From Podarcis liolepis (taxonomy: Eukaryota), in NCBI GenBank assembly GCA_965112155.1, contig OZ218098.1: DNA of 64,000 nucleotides; one strand, given 5' to 3'. Positions 59,825 to 64,000 of the stretch are shown piece after piece (positions within the stretch are counted from its first letter, which is position 1; every line of letters begins with the position of its first letter). Both the position numbers and the translations under genes were made by a program. The notes under the pieces are model-generated. The model had not been told where the DNA came from and ran no database searches. It was given only the letters and a program-made list of their open reading frames with translations.

Positions 59825-62278
59825 AGGCTTGCAGTACCACTGGGCTGAAGAACACAAGCAAGCTAGTGATGCCAAACCCAGGGATCTGATATGAAGCTGT
59901 GGACTCTGAGCCAGAACTTTTGCAGGCTATCCCACCTCAATATTAACCTGAGGAGCCGAACCCACAATGTTGGCATAATGGTGCAGGGAAAGACCCAAGC
60001 AGGAAACCAAAGAAAGTTTGGAGACGCGCTTGGCTCAAGGCCCAGGAATTGTCCCTTTGAGAAGACACTGTCCTCAGAAGTGTTGGGTGGACCCTGGCTA
60101 AATCTGGAGAGAGGGAGTTCTAAATCCTTCATCACCCACCAACTTTTGTACTTTGTATTGGTGCACTTTGGAGCTATCCAAGGTGCTGATTCTCCAGCTT
60201 TCCTTTCCTGGTCTGTGGGTTCCCATTGCGCATGGATTACAACACATGTGAACCATGTCAAGCTGCATATGGCGGTGGTTGCACATGACCAGTTAAGCAC
60301 ATGTGGAGAAACCCAGCAAATGTCAAGCAGCTGTCACAGGTCCACTGACTGCCAGAGGTTCGACTCACATAGCAACTTCTTCCAAAAGAAGTGGCAGGTT
60401 TTTGAAATAGAACTGATGCTATATGGTGTAGTAGTTGTCTGAGCACTCCAAATATAATTTATTGTTTTGATGGTATCTGCTTTTGTGTGCGTGTCTCTTC
60501 AAGTAATATTTACTTGTTTATTGTACATGATGGTGTCAAAGGCAATTAAGAAATGGACGGTGAGAAGCAGGACAATAAATGATGTTTAGTGTAGGTGAGG
60601 TGACAGTAGCTTGGGAAAAACAGCCCCAGATTAGGATTCATGGGTCAGAAGTTGCTAATGACTGGGCTATTATGTCTGCAAATTCTACAATTTTTTTTAA
60701 AAGGTTATGGCCATTTTTTATTTCCCCATTATAATCAATGGGGAGGCACCCACAGCTCAGAAAATGAAATGAAGCGAGGCTCTATCTTCAATGCAAACCA
60801 AAGGCAATGTTTCTAAGGTTCTGAACCACAGTGACCCCCTATTTGAAGCACTAAAACTTGAAACGAATTAGGCTGAACATATATTTTAGATAGCTAGCAA
60901 GGTAGGAGTCAGAGCAGTTATTCTAAGAAACCCTTCTGACAAAATTGCTTAAGCTGACCACCCAACTAGCATTAAGCAGACATGACAATAGACCACAGAG
61001 ATTTCAGAGAGAATTTTGGATGCCTGATGTTAAAAATGTATGACCCAACAGATGACAGCTCTGTCCCCTCATAGATGGAGAGAAAGGAGGTCACACTCAA
61101 CGAGGTTCTGATTTCAACAGGAGCAACAACAAAATCCTACACAACAAATGTGTAATTTGATGTTGTCAGGAGTCCTGTAAATTATAACTTGACATGTCAG
61201 GCACTGAAAGATCCTGTTGGAGAAAAAGCAGGGGAAAACATGTATTTTATGTTATCATTTTCCCCAACAAACCATTATTCCCAATAGAAAATTCCTCAGG
61301 ATAGTTTAGGGTGGCAGCCAATTTATCTGTTCATTAATTGCTTATGATGTATGTCAGTATCTGACAAAAAAGCAATTGTTAAAGTTTCCCACTGAATCTC
61401 ATCCAGTGCATTGTCCTTGTCTTGCATGCTGTTTTATTTATTTCCTATTCATCAATATCTATATCAATATTGCTGCTTTTCAGCTCGACAGAGCCTGTGA
61501 GCTATCAGAACATCAGCAAACAATTAAACAATCACATTCACTCTCCATTTGTACCTGAGCAGGATGGGCAGTGATAGATTAAAGCTGTCAATTGGACAAA
61601 GTGAACATTATCCCCAGCAATTAAACAATTTAGCTAAATATTTTTATACTACTTTGAAAGCCCCATTTATATGTCACTTCTAGTCACCCCCAAAATTAGC
61701 CCACAAACAATTAGTAACCATAAAATCAGTTTTAAAAAGAAATAATTTACCCAAACACCATAAAAAACATAAGAACACCTCTGGGGATCTGGCAGTGTAA
61801 AAAGCAAATCCAAACAAAACTTTTTTTTAAAGTCTGTGGCTCAACAAGTTTTTTGAGGGTGTGACTTCCAGAACTTCGGCACCACCACCAAAGAAGCCCT
61901 GCCCTGCAAATTCACCAAACACACCTCAGACAATAGCAGGATATGGAACAGAATATTCCCAGAAGATCTGAACAGATAGGAGTCATAAGGGAGCAGGTGG
62001 TCCATCAGTTTTTTGAACATCTAGAACAGGGGTCAGCAAACTTTTTCAGCCGTGGGCCGGTCCACCGTCCCTCAGACCTTGTGGGGGGCCGGACTATATT
62101 TTGAAGGGGGGAAAAATGAACGAATTCCTATGCCCCACAATAACCCAGAGATGCATTTTAAATAAAAGCACACATTCTACTCATGTAAAAATACCAGGCA
62201 GGCCCACAAATAACCCATTACGGTGTATGTTTTGACTCCACAGAGAGGGAAGTGACGGAGGCAGGATGTTTGTGTTAC

Positions 62279-62607
62279 CGTGTTCCGTGAAGTGGGACTA
62301 TTGTCCTTTGTTCTTTCTCTTTGCTATCTGATGCTAGAGAGGGAGCCATGTTGCAGTGCTCCGTGTGTGTTTATGTGTAAATAAAGTAGATTAGCCAAAA
62401 TGCTGAGTTGCTGAGGTCTGTTATGCAAGCTGCAAAGACTCTGCGGATCCCTAAGTGTGCCGATGTCTGTTGGCACTAGTCGCTATGATGTTTGGGCAGA
62501 AGAAAGCTTTTGAAGCTCCTGAATGAATGACCAGGAGGGAGAGAACATGCCAGTCGGGCATGTGTCTCTGCCAAAGTCCTACTCGAGTGTAGGACGAGCT
62601 CCTGACA
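62279..62607 (+). mobile_element. Possible solo LTR
   Basis: Ends in TGACA, has an internal AATAAA and is flanked by gttac on both sides. The 5' end reads CG rather than TG. Confidence 0.35.
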
Positions 62608-62699
62608 GTTACGTATATGTGTGTCAATAAAACCATATATCTTAAAGACACCACAGTCTCAACAGACTTTTCTTCCTATTCTTTTTGTCAGTCCAGCCA

Positions 62700-62860
62700 G
62701 AATGATAAAATTATTGGACTTAGCTGAGATGGCTAAGCTAGCATGTTCAATTAGAGAAAAATAATTACTAGCGTTTGTTCAGGACTGGAAATTCCTTATG
62801 GACTTTTTGTGTGAAAGAGAAAATGAACTTGTAATATCTGTATTTGAAGATTGAAAAAAA
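62700..62860 (+). mobile_element. L1/Tx1 ORF2 extreme C-terminal remnant
   Basis: Translates LLDLAEMAKLACSIREK*...FVQDWKFLMDFL, resembling reptile L1/Tx1 C-termini. Confidence 0.5.
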
Positions 62861-63104
62861 ATGCTGGCTTATAGAAGATAGAAGGGTTGGATTCTAAAAA
62901 ATGACTATCATATGTAGCTGCAGAGAGACAGAAGTCTTTTTATTCTACTTTAGCTTTCTTGAGATTTTTCTTTCTTTCCCTTCTCTCTTGCTTTCTCCTT
63001 CTTTAGAGTTTTCCTTTTCTTGCATATTCTTCCTTTTGGTTTTGCTCTTTTTCAGATTAAGCAGCTGTTTTGTCTCAGTATATATATATATATATATATA
63101 TATA

Positions 63105-64000
63105 TGCTTTCGTAGATTTTCACGGGTACAGGAATGCAGGTTTTGGTGTCTTCGGGTGTCTTCCCGTGTAAGAGTTGGGGTGTCTATGCGACGTTTCGAC
63201 GAGGTCTCACTCGTCATCTTCAGGCTGGTGCTTTCGGCTTCTTGTTACTGGAACAGAGCAGGATCTCAGTGTTTGAGTTCCTATAAATACTGTTGAGGGG
63301 GTGTGGTGTATGGCCTCCAACGTTCTGGGCAGATAGGAAGTTCCCAGGGTGTGCCTTTTCTTCTTTTGTTCCTTAATTACTTGAGGGATATCTTGAGTGA
63401 TTTCTTGAGTGATATTCTGAGTACCACTTAGGAGGGTCATTAGGTGTGGATTAGTTGCTAAAGCTTTCGTGTCTTGACCTCTTGAGCTTGTGAAGAGTTT
63501 TTCTGAGAAGAAGGTTGTACTGCACTTAGTTGTGCTCTGGCTTGGCTTCGTGTATAGGGGCGAGCTGTGGTTTTGTGCCCTGTGTCAGCCAGATCTGTGT
63601 AGGGATTGCAGGGGGGTGCAGCATCCGGAGGTGCCACTATGGTTTGGCTACTGGATGGTGTCTGTAATTTATCTGTGGAGAGGGTCTGGGTTTGGGTCTG
63701 GTGTGGTTGATTGGAGATGGCGTTCTGTGTGCCTCTGGTTCTGGTGTCGGTTTTTGTGGGGAGGGCTAATTTCCAGATGTCTGGCAGGCGGGACGTGTCG
63801 TCACGCTTGTTCATGTTGTGAGGGTGTTTCTCTATCTCGATGGCTTCCATGATTATTCTCTTGTGGTGATGTTCCATGTTAAAGAGCAATTTGGAATCTG
63901 CAAAATTAATTTCGTGTCCTGTTTCTTTCATGTGTTGGAAAAGAGAGGAAGCTTTTTCTTCTTTTTTGACGGCATTCTTGTGTTCTGCGATACGTGCATT
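63105..64000 (-). mobile_element. Penelope-like retroelement 3' part (GIY-YIG endonuclease C-terminus plus terminal repeat with hammerhead motif)
   Basis: Open frame from the window edge: NARIAEHKNAVKK...SLFQHMKETGHEINF...KRIIMEAIEIEKHPHNMNKRDD...LPDIW (GIY-YIG motifs RxxEH, EAIEI, N). Hammerhead core at 63188-63225; abuts (TA)n. Confidence 0.88.
63188..63225 (-). ncRNA. Minimal type I hammerhead ribozyme variant
   Basis: Minus strand reads gc-CUGAAGA-U-GACGAG(UGAGAC)CUCGUC-GAAAC-GUC-gc. Confidence 0.6.

Overview
Vertebrate genomic DNA from a squamate, most likely a lacertid lizard, judging by the Sauria-type SINEs, BovB, L2 and Penelope repeats. The window holds the 3' end of CIR1 on the + strand (last two coding exons at 9293-9378 and 11121-11793) and the complete two-exon SP9 zinc-finger gene on the - strand (26370-26350 and 25488-24136, 457 aa). 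The two genes are convergent, as in mammals. SP9 sits in a CpG-rich, nearly transposon-free domain (about 17-31.7 kb). The flanks are dense in SINEs, MITEs, LINE fragments, solo LTRs and Penelope-like elements. Main points of interest: (1) The N-runs look like length-preserving masks rather than assembly gaps. The one in SP9 is exactly 77 codons over the zinc fingers, so the others may mark conserved non-coding elements. (2) Three Penelope-type minimal hammerhead ribozyme motifs are present. (3) A solo LTR carries an intact acidic/Pro-rich ORF ending in an RRSARL motif. (4) There are CTCF-like sites, homeobox-rich enhancer candidates and nested insertions that order the repeat families in time. 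No new biological system is established from sequence alone. The ribozyme and LTR-ORF observations are the best leads.
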